Shown here in pieces: positions 44,251 to 57,600 of a DNA stretch of 64,000 nt. Numbering within the stretch: position 1 is the stretch's first letter; every line of letters starts with the position of its first letter. The stretch comes from Laetmonice hystrix (Eukaryota). The notes under the pieces are model-generated. The model did not search any database. It was not told the DNA's origin and worked only from the letters and a program-made list of their open reading frames with translations. A program made the position numbers and the translations under genes. The stretch lies in NCBI GenBank assembly GCA_965235115.1, contig OZ249436.1, positions 8,062,001-8,126,000 on the forward strand. Direction: 5' to 3'.

Positions 44251-44815
44251 AAGCATTTTTTGGCTTAGCATGGAAGATTCCTATCTATCCGCGAAGCGGC
44301 GCAGGTGCCCGCCCGCCCGGCCCGGCATAGGTGGTGATTCTATCGGCAATGCAGGAGCGCCTTTAGAACAACACGGTGGCGTTAACTGTTATAGCTGCAG
44401 CAGTAGAATACAATAAAGACTCAATTTTCCTTTATTGATTGGTTGTTTGATTGTGTAACCAAGTGGGGGTCTATGTTTGGTGGATGGTGGCAGACCCTCG
44501 TGGCAACATTTCTATAACCTTTATACTTGGGGATGCATGGGATATCTGATCTAGGAAGGGCGTACAACCATTTCATTTGCCATTGTTAATTAGATCTAAA
44601 CCTGGACGGCAAATTGCCACTGGGGCGAGCTGACGACATAGATCTAGTCTGACGCATCAGTCTGTAGGCCTATAGTAGAAACAGATCGCATCATTGGTCG
44701 GGCAAATATAAGGATGTGAAGTGTTAAAAATGATGCAGATGCAATCGGTGCGAATCCCTGCTATTATTGGGCACCAAGCTGTTCGGATAAAACAGGTCTA
44801 ACTGTAGTATACTCT
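44251..44815. repeat. highly diverged homologue of the array unit at the right edge
   Basis: Colinear blocks shared with the unit: aggtgccYgccMgcccggccMgg..ggtggtgatt; acttggggatg..ggatatctgat; tcatttgccattgttaatta; acggcaaa..ccactggg; gtcNgacgc; agtag..acagat. The end coordinate is approximate. Confidence 0.8.
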
Positions 44816-44968
44816 ACATGACAGGTCCTACGAGGTCTCTGGTTTCAGGGCGACATCTACCGATTACGGATAACACTAATCTACATTCTACTTGGAGGGG
44901 GATAACATTAGTTATACACATTTATACGCATAGAAGTGTCAGGAACACGGTAAAATATCACAGAAAAC

Positions 44969-45092
44969 TTTATTTGTGTGGCATGACCATGCCTGCTGAA
45001 TCTGTACAGAAGTCTGCTTGCATGAACTACTTCTACTGTTATATCAAAATACATCATTTCGATTACAATGTCACAAGAAACAGTCTTTTATT
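44969..45092 (-). promoter_or_regulatory. candidate CEP120 polyadenylation signals
   Basis: AATAAA on the - strand at 45087-45092 and 44969-44974, 0.6-0.7 kb past the stop. Confidence 0.4.
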
Positions 45093-45672
45093 CTAACCTG
45101 TGTTTACATGAAGGTATCGATATCTTACACAATGTACATGATTGTTTGTCTAACAAGATGAATGATGAGAAATAAACGGTCGGCGATGATGAATTTCTGG
45201 GACGGTGCGGCACACTTCCATTACTGTATTCGGCACCACCACTATCTGGCTAATATGGTCTGGCCTTTCTGTTGTTTCTGCCCCATAATAACCTCTGTTG
45301 TCGCTTCCATTCTGAAATTAAGGAAATTAAGGTAATAAAATTTCTCAATTTGATTTTGTTATGACGTGTGCACAAAAAGATGTTAGCAAATATACCGAAT
45401 GACTGACTTTCTTTAGTAAATTACTGATGAGAATTTCCAGTCAATCTCTAGATGCAAGTTGATCACTTACTCTTAGATTTAACATACACAGTGCAGAAAA
45501 TTCATAGACTTCATTTCCTTTGTTACAAGTTATGATTTCCATGCGGTTATATTCAAGTGAGGTATGTAATAAATGACATGCATTTCCCATCAATCTGTTA
45601 CCTAAAACCTAAAAACTTTCCTTTTTGTTTAAAAAAAATATAAATACAATAACTGTAAACTTCCCCCCCCAT

Positions 45673-48600
45673 TTACCTGTTTCGTTTATTGATGGCTTCC
45701 CGTATCTGGCGGTCAAGTTCACTGATGATGCGGTCAGTGGTCGTATAGACTCCTGTTCGGAGCAGCGTGTCACGTTCCTCTATAAGCCGAGTGATGTGGT
45801 CCTCTTCAGCCACTATCTCCATGTCAGGGCCACTTGTAGTCAGACCAAACGGTGTCCTCTCCAGCTCAGCCACCTGCTGGCTCTTGGCTTCCTCCGCTTC
45901 CTTCAACCTGCATACAGATCATTTGGGCTGTACTGTATAATTTGTTCACTGCTAATGTTTTTGACACCAAGCGTTTTTGTCTTGTTTTTTGTTTTCAAGC
46001 GTAACTTCTTATTTCAGGGAATTTCCATACAATCACGATCCTGGTTATATGCTTTTAAGTCAATCCCAAAAATGAACATATTTTACCACTTATATCTCAT
46101 AGTAAATTTCTGTTTAGGAAAAGTGTCAATACGAATTGAAGACCTACTTCTGAAGATGGTTTTTGAGTTCCTCCAGCTGTTTTTTGTCTGCGTTGACCAC
46201 TTCCTTTTCTTCAGCTGCCAGGTACCGTAATCGCATGTGATGGAGTTCCTGCTGCTGTCGCCGCAACCCCTCCTTGGCATCAGCATGCGCTTTTTGCCTT
46301 AGTCTAGATAACTCCTTCAGTCCTTGAGCATACTGCTGCTTGTAATGGGCCTTTGACTTAGACGCTGCCTCCAGCTTCCTCTCAAGCTCCACCTGGTGGA
46401 CAAATTTAAAAGCTTAAAAGCAGCCTTGTGAAAGCAACCAAGATGTAAGTAAAATACATTAAATACTCGCGCTGAAACTCTCTCTTGTTCTTAATACAAT
46501 GCTTGCATACTAATGCAAAGAAAAGAATACATTACCCAGTATTGCCTTAAAAATAATATATTGGGCAATCAGCCATCCCTAGATCATCAGTTCTCTTGTC
46601 GAAAACTATATTAATGTTTCTTAAAATATAATAATGTTCCTGATCACGAGACAAACAACAAATAATGTACCAGTATATCTTAGATTGGTTTTACCAAATA
46701 AAGGTGTTGTAGACGAGTATGAACATAGGTCCCGTATTAGAACAAGAAAAACTCATTTCAATACCTTTTCCAGGGTTAGCAGGTTTATTTCAGATTGGAG
46801 TCGCACCTCAGGCTTGGAGTTTTGCTGTTCTTTAAATGTTGTGAAGGATTTTTCTAGATTCTGATACTTGACTTCTGCCTCCGATAACTGTTTTAAAAAA
46901 ATGTGAAAATAAGAGAATACCATTGCCGGCCAAAAAAACGTAAGTGTGTTCATCATTCGACTTAAGCTTTTTTTTACCGATGGACAGTGAAATATATGCA
47001 AACTGTTAACATTACCCATATCTTCCTTCACTGATGAAGGCATAAAGACGAAAAAAATATATAAAGACAGTGATTTCTATGTACTCACCTGACTTTTCAA
47101 TTTCGCCACTGTCTCCTCCAAGTCCTTTACTTTATTTCTGAAATATATTTAAAATATTATTTAAGACAACCATGCATTTTGTGCAGGTTATTAAATATCG
47201 TTAACCTCTCTATTACTTGAAAATGATACATAAATGTCACTGTCAGAAAGGCACAAAATACAACTTGTATACAACAAATATGGGTTCATCTAAAGCAATG
47301 CTTGTAGTACCTTTCTAACTGTACTTGATGCTCACAGTCCTCTTTGAGCCGGCGAGAAGCTTCTCGTATTTCTGTCATCTTGTGCTCATGCTCCCGCTGT
47401 AAGTCTGATCGTAATCTCATCACCTAAGGAAGTATGCATTAGTACCTCTAAATCACATCTATAACATCACACCAATGTTACTGTTATGATTAATAGGACT
47501 AGTTCTCCCGATGAAATCTTCACGTGTGTAGTCTAGAAATGTATTGTCTGCAGTGCTGCTAAAACCAGAGGGTCTCTATGCAGCATTTCTGTACAAATAA
47601 AACAATTACAGACATCTGATTACTACAGTATTTTCTGAATTATAAAAGTTTTACTTGAGCTTTCTTTACCTCCTGTTCATTAGCTGAAAGTTGTTGATCT
47701 CTTTTATCCAGATCTGAAATCGTCTTTCGAAGCTGCTCTTCAAGACGAGTGTACGACACTACCTGAAAAAAAAATCACTCTTGATATTACTTACAAATGC
47801 TTTTTAGATAAGATGTCAAAGCGCATTGTGAGTATTTAGGCTAACTGCCTGGGACAGTATGGGGCAGGTGGTGAGGCCTGCAAACCCAGGGTACAGGAAC
47901 CCATACTTATCTGAACCCAAGGATATATTTCAGTATCAGTGTCAACTCTGCAAAATTCCGTACCTTCTTTTGTACAATGATTTCCCGTTCTTTGTCTCGT
48001 CGCTTCCACTCCTCTGAGAGAGCTTCCATGTAACGTTTCTCTTTGGCCTTTAACTGTAAGAAAAAATGCATAAAATTAATTTACCATGAAACTAACCCAA
48101 AGTATTCATGCAGCATGGAATTCATCCCGGACTATAAGTAACGCGTTGTACAGCACCTGCTCCTCGAAGACAGTTTCCTGTTGTTCCTTCCACATTTCCA
48201 GTTCCAATGCCACCCGATACTCCCGGCTTTCTCTAGGTGAAGCGGCAAGCTGCTTGACTGGCTGAGCTGGCTGTGAGCTGTCGGATGACGTCACTGTTGT
48301 TGGTGCTGTCGTACTGGAGCTCTCTGTTGCCGGGCCGCCAGGGGCCAGGTTCAAAGGTCCCCAATCTTCAAGGCTCACCACCACATCGAGTTCTCCAAGT
48401 CGTTTGGCAGGGCTGCACGGAACATGAACCATCAATTATACAGGTTTTCCCAAACAAATTGCACAACCATATTTGTACACCTTTCACATTTGCAAGCTTC
48501 ACATTATGTCCAGATGCATGTGGCTATGTAGCTGCACCCCCAATTCATGATTAATTTGAGGAGTAAACAAATGTGGCTTATACTCAGGAAAATGACAGTA

Positions 48601-51600
48601 GTTAGTAAGAAGATGTACATTTCTCCATGTCTGACTTACCCTTCAGCTGCCACTATGGGAACTGTTTCCACCCAAGTCTGTCGCCATCCACTGGCTCCAT
48701 TCTTGTACTGTTAAACATCACATCTGAACATAGTACCTTTTCCTACAAGTAACTTATTTTACTTTTTTTAACACCTCAGGTGAGTAACATTGCAGGCTAT
48801 ACTGGAAAAGAGCTATGACATGGAATTTTATGAAACTAGTGTCACCTGTAACAGAATATTCACACTGACATTAAGAATGGTCAAGACTTGCCATTACCCT
48901 CCAACAATTTCTTTTTTTCATGAACAATACAAGTGATCATTTCACACCTGCTTCTCAGTAAATCCTGATATCCTAAGCTATTTTGTGTGCTTTCATTCCT
49001 CTACAACTGTGCAGATATAAAAGTTACAATTAGGTTGACCACCATATTTGTGATGGTACAAGGTACATACCACTGCCCGTGTCTTCTCAATCTGAAGAGT
49101 CCTCAGAAGGGGAATGCGCGATGCACCCAACAAAACATTCTGCGAACGCTGAGTATCACGGTTCCATACCTCCACCACTAAGGGAACTCTAGAACAAGCA
49201 TCAAACAAGTTCTGAAAACCTATTACTATATCATATGCAGTTATTCCTCGACCTACAATCTTTACAGGACAGCTGTAATTCTGTCCTTTGAGAGTTAATC
49301 AAAATTTACCTATCTCCGATCTCGTTCAATGCAAAAGTCAATATCCATTCGGGTAATTCACACTTCATTACGACAGATAATCGGATCAGCAGTCTGACCC
49401 ACATTGGATCCGTACCTGGAAAATGTCTCGTGTAGTTGTTGCCTCGTTGTTCCAAAGTCAAAGGCGCAGAAAGACTGAGGCACGACTGCTTCTGAACCTC
49501 TCCGAACTTCAACTGGCGGGTGGGTCAAGATGGGTGCCACACTCCCGAAGAAAGCGTACGTGTACCTGATACACAACATGTTTTGGGAGTAATATTTATT
49601 TTAGAAGGGATTGATTAAAAAAAAAAACAGAAAGAGAGGGAGAGATAGATGAGGCTGGCTTATGCATTATATTAACAACACTTTTTCTTTTCAAATTGTA
49701 GATTTGACACCCAGTCCATGTTGAGAAATATTGCTTTAAAAGTGTTTGTTTTGAAACTCTGTAAATATATTATATCTGGACTAACCTGAGAAAAATATTT
49801 GTTGGGTGGGACATATCAGAGTTGTGAATTTTGCGGAGGTCGATGGAGCAACAGAAATGGTGGGGTTCAGTGGTTTCTGACGATCCAGCTTGAGCACCTG
49901 CTTGCAGGAAGAGAAAAGACTTGTCAGCTTACCATTATGGTCCAATAAAAACATGCAATGTTACAGCAGTAATCAGCTCTGATTACATCAAACTAATAGC
50001 TTATAAGTTCTTCTTTAAAAAGAGTTTAAAGATTCCTTTTAAATTTGGATTTAAAACACTCAGGAAACACTTCTTCATGATTTCCATATCCTCAGAAAGG
50101 AGCACATCAGAAAGCACGATATTGAACACTTATCTTAAATTCCAACCAATAAAAGTTATTTTAATGTATATTTTATATTTATCCGTGGAGCCCATTACCT
50201 GTAGTGTGCTCCTGCTCGTCCAGCCTCATGACTTGCATGCTGGGTTGAGGGAGGAAGGGCACTGTTTGTGGTTGCACTAGTGGTGGAGATGATCGACCGG
50301 CCTGTGAGGTTATAACCTCAGGGGTCTCAGCAATCACAACGCGTTTAGGTGAGCTCACTGCACAATGAGAAACAAAAACAATGGGCATTACCATGAAGGG
50401 AGGCAGAAGTTATTTTTTCAAATTTTTCCTCTTGATAATCTGAAAGCAATAGTTCTGACAAGAGAACTCTATTAACGTGCTCATTTACTGAAATAAAATT
50501 TCATTTACACTTTTCCCATAATTTTTTACCACCCCATAAAAGATTTTCCAAAATTACCACTTCAGTAGTCTTTCGTACCTGTTTTTTGCACCTTGTCCTC
50601 CTTCAGACTGGGTATGTTATCTGTCTTGCTATTGGTATCAAAAGTGTCGGTGTAGCTTCCTTCATGAGTTGGTGGGGGTGAAGGTGACTGCTGCCAGGCT
50701 GCAGTTGCAGCACCGTCCTTGGATGGTGTGGCAGCTTCTTTGATTTCTTTGTCGCTTTCCTTGTCAGTTGGCGTGTGCTGCTTCACCTTGGGTGATTTCT
50801 TGCTGCGTGGAGTCTGAGTCTGTTCGTCCATGTGTGCGCCGGGGGCGTCACTGCCGACCTTGGGGGTGCCCGGTGCTGCCTGCAACACACCCAGTCAGAC
50901 GTTCACATGGAGCACGACCTGCACTACTGGCATGGAGATTAGGGGCGTTCTCATGGAGATAGGACGCACATACTACTTTCATCAATGGCCAAGTATTTGA
51001 CTCCCTAGGTCACCCTCAGTGGCTGGAAAAGGGACTAAAGTCACGGTATTCGTCGGTCAGTCGGCAAAGCGAATTTTAAATTTTAAATTTTCTTATGCCA
51101 TATAAAACACTGGTGGCAGATCACATCAATATCTGGGCAAATGTATTTCCACGTAAAATTCCAGTGAGTGATTGTTGTGCATTCATACTCTGAAAATTGC
51201 ATTTGTTTCCAAGAAATGACTTATAGAATTAAACCAATACCCAACATTTTTTTACTCCCCCCCACAAGGTAGAGCTTTCTGATATGGATCTCATTATTAA
51301 AGCAACCAGTGTGACTAGGTACGCAGGGAGGTGTATATCACTAAATTAGTTTGAATGGGGATAGTGGTTGTTGACAGGGAGCTGCAACAACAACAAAACT
51401 AAAAAAAAAGAACAAGAAAGAATTGATGGTATGTACTTGGTCTTCTTTTCTGAGAGCAATGGACACTCCAACAACTGGACGTTGGTCTTCAGGCACAGGG
51501 GCCAGCTGTTGCTTCAGTCTATTAGGTGGAGTCAGCTGAAGAAGTGGAAAATTTACATTAAATATATCTTTTAGTCTTTTTGATGCTAAAGTTAGTCAGT

Positions 51601-54600
51601 TAGCATAAATATATTTTTCACTCCCTTTTAATAAAGGAATTTGATTGAAGGAACTTAAAATCTGAAGACTGCTTCTCCCCCTCCCCCCACAAATATATAT
51701 TTAAGGTTAGGTCATTTCCTGTGAAACAAAAACATTCTAATGCTCCCTCTTGAATACAAGATTCGACCTTTCATCTGTGCTGCTGACGCCTTATATTATA
51801 ATACCCAATATCAGTCAGTCACCCAATTACAGGACCTATTTTCCTCTTATTATTATATTTTAAACACAGGTAGACATTCTCGTTTCTTTTACTGACCTGG
51901 AAAGCACCTTCAATGGTGATTGGCTTCATATAAATTTCTGTGCTGTCCTTTTTTATTAAGTTCTGAAGAGGTATTTCAGCACTTCCAAGTGACTGGTCTC
52001 CACAGCAAAGGTGGATCTACAAAATAACACATTGACTCATATAAGAAAATCACAAAATAACAAATTAAAACTCTTTTGACAGTTCGTTGATTGTTTCACT
52101 CCTTATGAATTTATATTCATTAAAGTTTTTAAAGTAAACACAGACTTTTATTTCAGTGACTCTAAAATGCAGTCATGGGCTGTTAGGATCGATACGGCCT
52201 TAGACTACATAAATCAATAAATGTATATACCCACAAAAATGGAGAAATCTAATAAAATTCAACATTCCAGTTGCCTGTTGTGAAGCAATCATCTTATGGC
52301 TGGTTGTTGACTAAATAGTTGACCTGGCATTGACTTGAACAGCCAATGAAATTCATCGGTTCATTGCCCATGTCTGTATTTGGGAGTCCTTTATAAGATA
52401 TAGCCAGTGTTTGCTTTAAGCACAACCGTGAGATAAAGAAAATTATCAGTGTAAAACCTTAAAGTCTCTTTGAGGAAACGTTGTGTTTTGGTTTTACAAC
52501 ACTTACTTGGATCCCTGGCTGTTTTGCAAAGAAGAGTCTGAGAGCATCCACTGAGCTACGGACCCTGACTGAGGCCCGTTCTGCCGGGAAACTGGGGTTG
52601 AGCAGATCTGTGAAGGACTCATTTGTCACATCATTACCCAGCAGGGAATAGTAAAAGAAGAAACCAGTTGACGGCAGTGCAATGTTGGTTGGAATTAACT
52701 GACAGGAGAAAAAGGGAAAACATTAGACGACATGAACAACACCACTTAGTCAGAGCAGGATACCCGACACCTATTACTAGATATATTTTTTTTTAATTTA
52801 AAAAAAAAAATAATTCCTTTATTTTTCCTGGCCTGGAAAGTAGAATACTAAAACTAGGCGTCAGGTTAGACACAACATGATAGGTGGCAGCACCTTATGA
52901 ACCTGCTCAGCCAGAGGACCGATAGTATACTAATTACTATACTGTTTTCCATGTTTGTTCATCAGTGGTTCATGACTAGACTCTTGGGCATAGCAACGTC
53001 TCAAAATAAATACTTTCACCAAATTGATTCATTTTTAATCAACTGACATTATTCTCTTCGTTTTCCTCCATCTTTCCTCCCCCTCCCCCCGTGGTGATTT
53101 GTTTCATCTACTGGGACGGGAATATACCAACATACCTGTGGGAGATTTGTGGCGAAGGCAATAGTGACAGACATGGCAAACTGCTCTGAGCACTTAGCCT
53201 TGGGTCCGATCTGGTAGTAACCCTCTGTCTCATTGAGAATTGGTTTCAACATTTTAGGATCAAGGTCACTTGTTTCTGTAGATGAACTGTTTGTCTGAGT
53301 AGGGATTCTCTCACCTGAAACAGATGCTGTATGATTATTTCAGAGTATACACATGTGTCAGTATATATGACAAACAGTGAATCTATAAACATAGAAAAAC
53401 CAAACCAATTACCTTCATAACAAATTAACAATCTCATATTGACAACTTGAGTTTTCAAGGTCAGTATTTCCTACAGCAGTGCCAGCCCTGTGTGGCTGGA
53501 CATACCGCACAAGTATAATCCTAAGACTTTGGAAATCCTAGGAGAAGCACTGTGGATGAGTGAAAAAAAGTCATATTGCGCAGAGAGTGTCAATGACTGT
53601 TTTGTGTGTCATACATTGATACTCAAACACTGGAGGTTAACTACTAACCGGTGCCAGTCCGTGGGGGTGCATCCCGAGCCTTGAAACTGGCCTGCTCACC
53701 ACTCGGCCCCTTGTCTTCATCAACATACAGGCCCACACGTAGGTCTGGCTTGTTCTTCTGGTACTTCCCATGTAACAACACCTGCCACTTGGTGGACTAA
53801 CATCAGAAAGAAACAGTTTCAATTTAATCAATAAAAAAAAGGAGCATTAAAAGCTACATAATGAAGTACATGTATAGGTACTTGTGTCAGATTTTTCATT
53901 GTGTTGCACTCATAAAATTTCGGTTCATATAACGTGTAAAAAGGGAGAAACATAAGGCAGAGGGTACTAAGTTTGTCATTCAAGTATCAATATAGTAATC
54001 AAGTAGTGTAAATTAACAAATATTAGAACAATACTGTTAGGTCAGGTGGCAAACCGCTATACATGTAATTGAAAATTCTGATAAGTTAGATCTTGGTAAA
54101 CCCAAGCAGTTTTAGAACAGTGCTATTAGCAGACTACCATGTATGACACCAGACTACGAAATTCAAAGCCTGCCCATCTTAAACTAACATGACAACAATA
54201 TTTTCTCCTCTTGTGAGCAGAAAACATGAACTCAGTGCTGAACAAAGGGGTGTCAAAAATATATCACTCTCTTATTATACATGTACACTGCAATAGTTCA
54301 CTTGATTATTTCTGATAAAAACACTCACTGCACTTTATAATAAATTATATAGCCAACACCTACATTTATTACACAAAACAGATAATGAGGCACACGAAAC
54401 ACATAGACATAAACCAACAGATTTTCACCCTGGATCATGATGCAACGATCAAAATAATTAGTTTATGACCTCTTTGCTTCTAATATCTGCCATATTCTGT
54501 ATTTTGGAAGGGCTGTCCACAGGGATGTGTCCACGCCAGGTGGCACCAGGTTGGCCGGCCTGGCACTGATTTTTGGTAGGAGTGTAAAACTACTCCCGGT

Positions 54601-57600
54601 ACTCTATTTTGTCTGGGCACATCCCTTTGTCGATACAGGTGATCTACATTACAGAATACCAGGTATGTTGGTTTACAATGTAAATATCACTGGAAACAGC
54701 ACCAGTTATCTGTCACACTTGTGTTACAAACTTTGGCAGGCTTTCCTGGAGATTTTCGACTTGGGGGGGGGGGGGGGGGATGCTGCGAGTTTGGGGGGGG
54801 GGAGAGAGTAATGCAAAATATTTCCCCCCGGAAATTTTTGGGGGCAGTAGCTGAATAATTGGGGGGGGGGGGGGAGTCTCCCCCCTAGAACGGGCCTGCA
54901 GGAAACCCTGTTTGGAGTGTTTTTTAAAACTTAAAATGTAATGAATTAGAATGAATGATTAATGGGTATACCACTGGAGATTCTGAGCCCTTCTGGAAGA
55001 AAACATATAGGCAACATATACTGGTATCCACTATAATGATTTTAAAACCAAGAGCTGCATTAGTTCAGGATATTATCCCTAGGCATTGCCACTGATCAGG
55101 CTAGGAACATCTGACAATCAAGATCCACAAGCTTCTTGCAAGTCTGAGTCGATCAGGGTGGTGCTGCAAAAAATCCTGAAAATAATGCCTGGCACACACT
55201 ACTTATTTAGCTGCAATTTAGGGTCATACGATTTTCACCATGGTGCAAAAAAAATTGCATTCAGTGGAGTCAAAAATTGTACGATCATCACAGAAGTTCT
55301 AGCTCGTCACAGACCCAGCAGATGGAGGCGTGCCGGTTGAAAATCACCCAAGGACACACTGGACGGGTTTGGGAGCCTAATATCCCCGTAGATCTACGAA
55401 CAAACTCTGGCAGGTAGATGGAGCTGCATGGTGTTAAGAAACATTCTGGGAGTTGATATTCTTTTATTTGATATAACAAATAAAATTGCCCAGGCCAATA
55501 CCAGGCCTACCTCTCTGGGCCTATAGGCCGGGCTCTGTTATTATTACATTGTATTATGTTTTTTTTATTTCAAGAACTTTCATCCCTATCTTTTGTATTC
55601 TCTCTCATAATTTAGGCTGCCACCCTTCATGAACATTTATTAAGATAAAATGTACTGAAACTTACCTGCTGACTGGTAGCACTACGAAGGTCAAGGACAA
55701 CATAGCCAACTGCCTCTCGGGTGGCACTCTGAGTGTTTATGGCGTACACCTGTACCTTTATAGAGGAACGCTGTAGTCTGTGTTGATGAAGTGCCTTTTT
55801 GCCAAGTTCCCATGCTAGCTCTTGGGTAAATTCTGGGTGTTCTGTGTGATCAACAGCATCTGTAGCCAGTAATTCGCCATCAAAGCGTGCTTCAGCTATC
55901 AATTGATATCCTGGACGTTTTGGAAAGTTTCGACCTGTTTCAAGAACAATAAAAATAACTCTTTTAGTCATACATGTACATATGGTGTTTATCAAAATGG
56001 TCTAACGTACTACCTATTGCATCCCTAGGCAAATCATATAGTAGGCCTACTCCGTGACATAAAGGCACACAGATGATATCTGCAGCTGGGTACGACAAGG
56101 GGCTGGAAATTTCTCTAGTCCGACACCCAGACTACTGCCCGTGGTTACTTTTTAAGCCTCTCTTATTCTATGTCAATACAATGAATTTGCCGGGGCTGGG
56201 TTTGTACTACAGTAGAGTGGCCTGTCTGGCACTCTAGGGCAGGAGAAAAAGTCTACAATAAATTATAAAGCATGTATTTCCCATTGGGTCACTGCTCAAA
56301 AAAAAAGGCATGCCCTGAATATCAGATGACTTAAAGAGGCATTTTGGTAGAAAGTAAAAAAAACCCAACTTCTTAAGCTGTCATTATCATTTTTCATCAG
56401 AAATCAGCTTTTCTGAACAAGTACCATTACACTCAGAATCGATGGTTCACACCCTGTTTGGCATGTACTTTCTTGTTTTCATCCCATGATACGCATCCGC
56501 CTTTGTGCATGCATGTGCCCTCAGTTTGTTTATGTGCTTTTTTTAGTCATATTGTTCAGGGCTCAAAATACTTTAAAAAAATTTGACTTGCAATAACTAC
56601 TGAGTTATCCAGTTTTAAAAGCAGTAATAGGCAATATTTTGGTTAATTCCGGTTAATTCGAGCCTTTTTGACCAATTGATGTTTTTTCAATGGAGAGTTT
56701 AAATAATGCATGACACTTTCAGGGCATTAGCTTTAGAAATTCTGAGGGGGGGGGGGGAAGTCAGGGGCGGATCGAGGAATTTGGGAAAGAGGGTTTTCCC
56801 CCATGTGAGTGCCAATGGTGCGAAGCCATGAGCCTTCCCCCCCAAAAAAGTCTGTAAATTACAACTGCCAAATACACATTTTTCTGGCATCTAATAGGCC
56901 TACATTGACAATTTTCTTGTCCCATGCGCCCCATGTCCCAGACTCCGTGTCCCACTCACCCCGAGTCAGTTGGTCAAGTCAACGGGCAGCAGTCGCCCAT
57001 GTTCCAATACGGGAGTCCACTATTGGCAGTCTTTAGATGGGACCAGACATGCCAATTTGGTCGATCAAAAACATAGCGAAAAATCTCTTACCGGGCGCTT
57101 AAATTAACAGGAATTTGTCAAAATACCCTCCGACTAATGAAATGATTGCTAAAAACTTCTACTCATAAGGAGAATTGTCCACTGGAGAATGAAATGTACA
57201 CTTGGGACATGGAGTCTAACATACTGATTACTGGGACATGGCGCACATGGAACATGGAGTCTCTCAACCGGTTTCACAAACACAGCCCTGTGCCGTGGTA
57301 GGGGGCAGCGGGTCGGGGGTGCTGCCCCTGGGGCCCGTCTCACTAACGGTAACGCTGGTTAATAACCAGACCGTTACATTAACATAGCATCATAGGAGTG
57401 AATGGAAGGCTGCTGGTTACAGCTACCATTCACATCTGGTTATTTTTCGCTAGCTTGCCTATGCCATGGCAGGGTGTAAAATTGGGGGCGAGATAGAGTG
57501 CGCCCTCCGGGCGCAGAGGCCCCCTGTCCAATGCGCCCGGATGTAGTTCAGTGCGCCCGGATCATTTTAAAGTGCGCCATAGTGACAGTGGCGACCACCC

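Noticed and set aside
44630..44700. Hammerhead-like CTGACGA..GAAAC in the edge copy, and TGATGGACGAAAC in the units
   Set aside because: Stems I and III cannot be formed and the array units lack the CUGANGA core, so a retrozyme call is unsupported
45625..46230. 201-aa ORF on the + strand
   Set aside because: Antisense shadow of CEP120 coiled-coil exons and intron, with a non-ATG start
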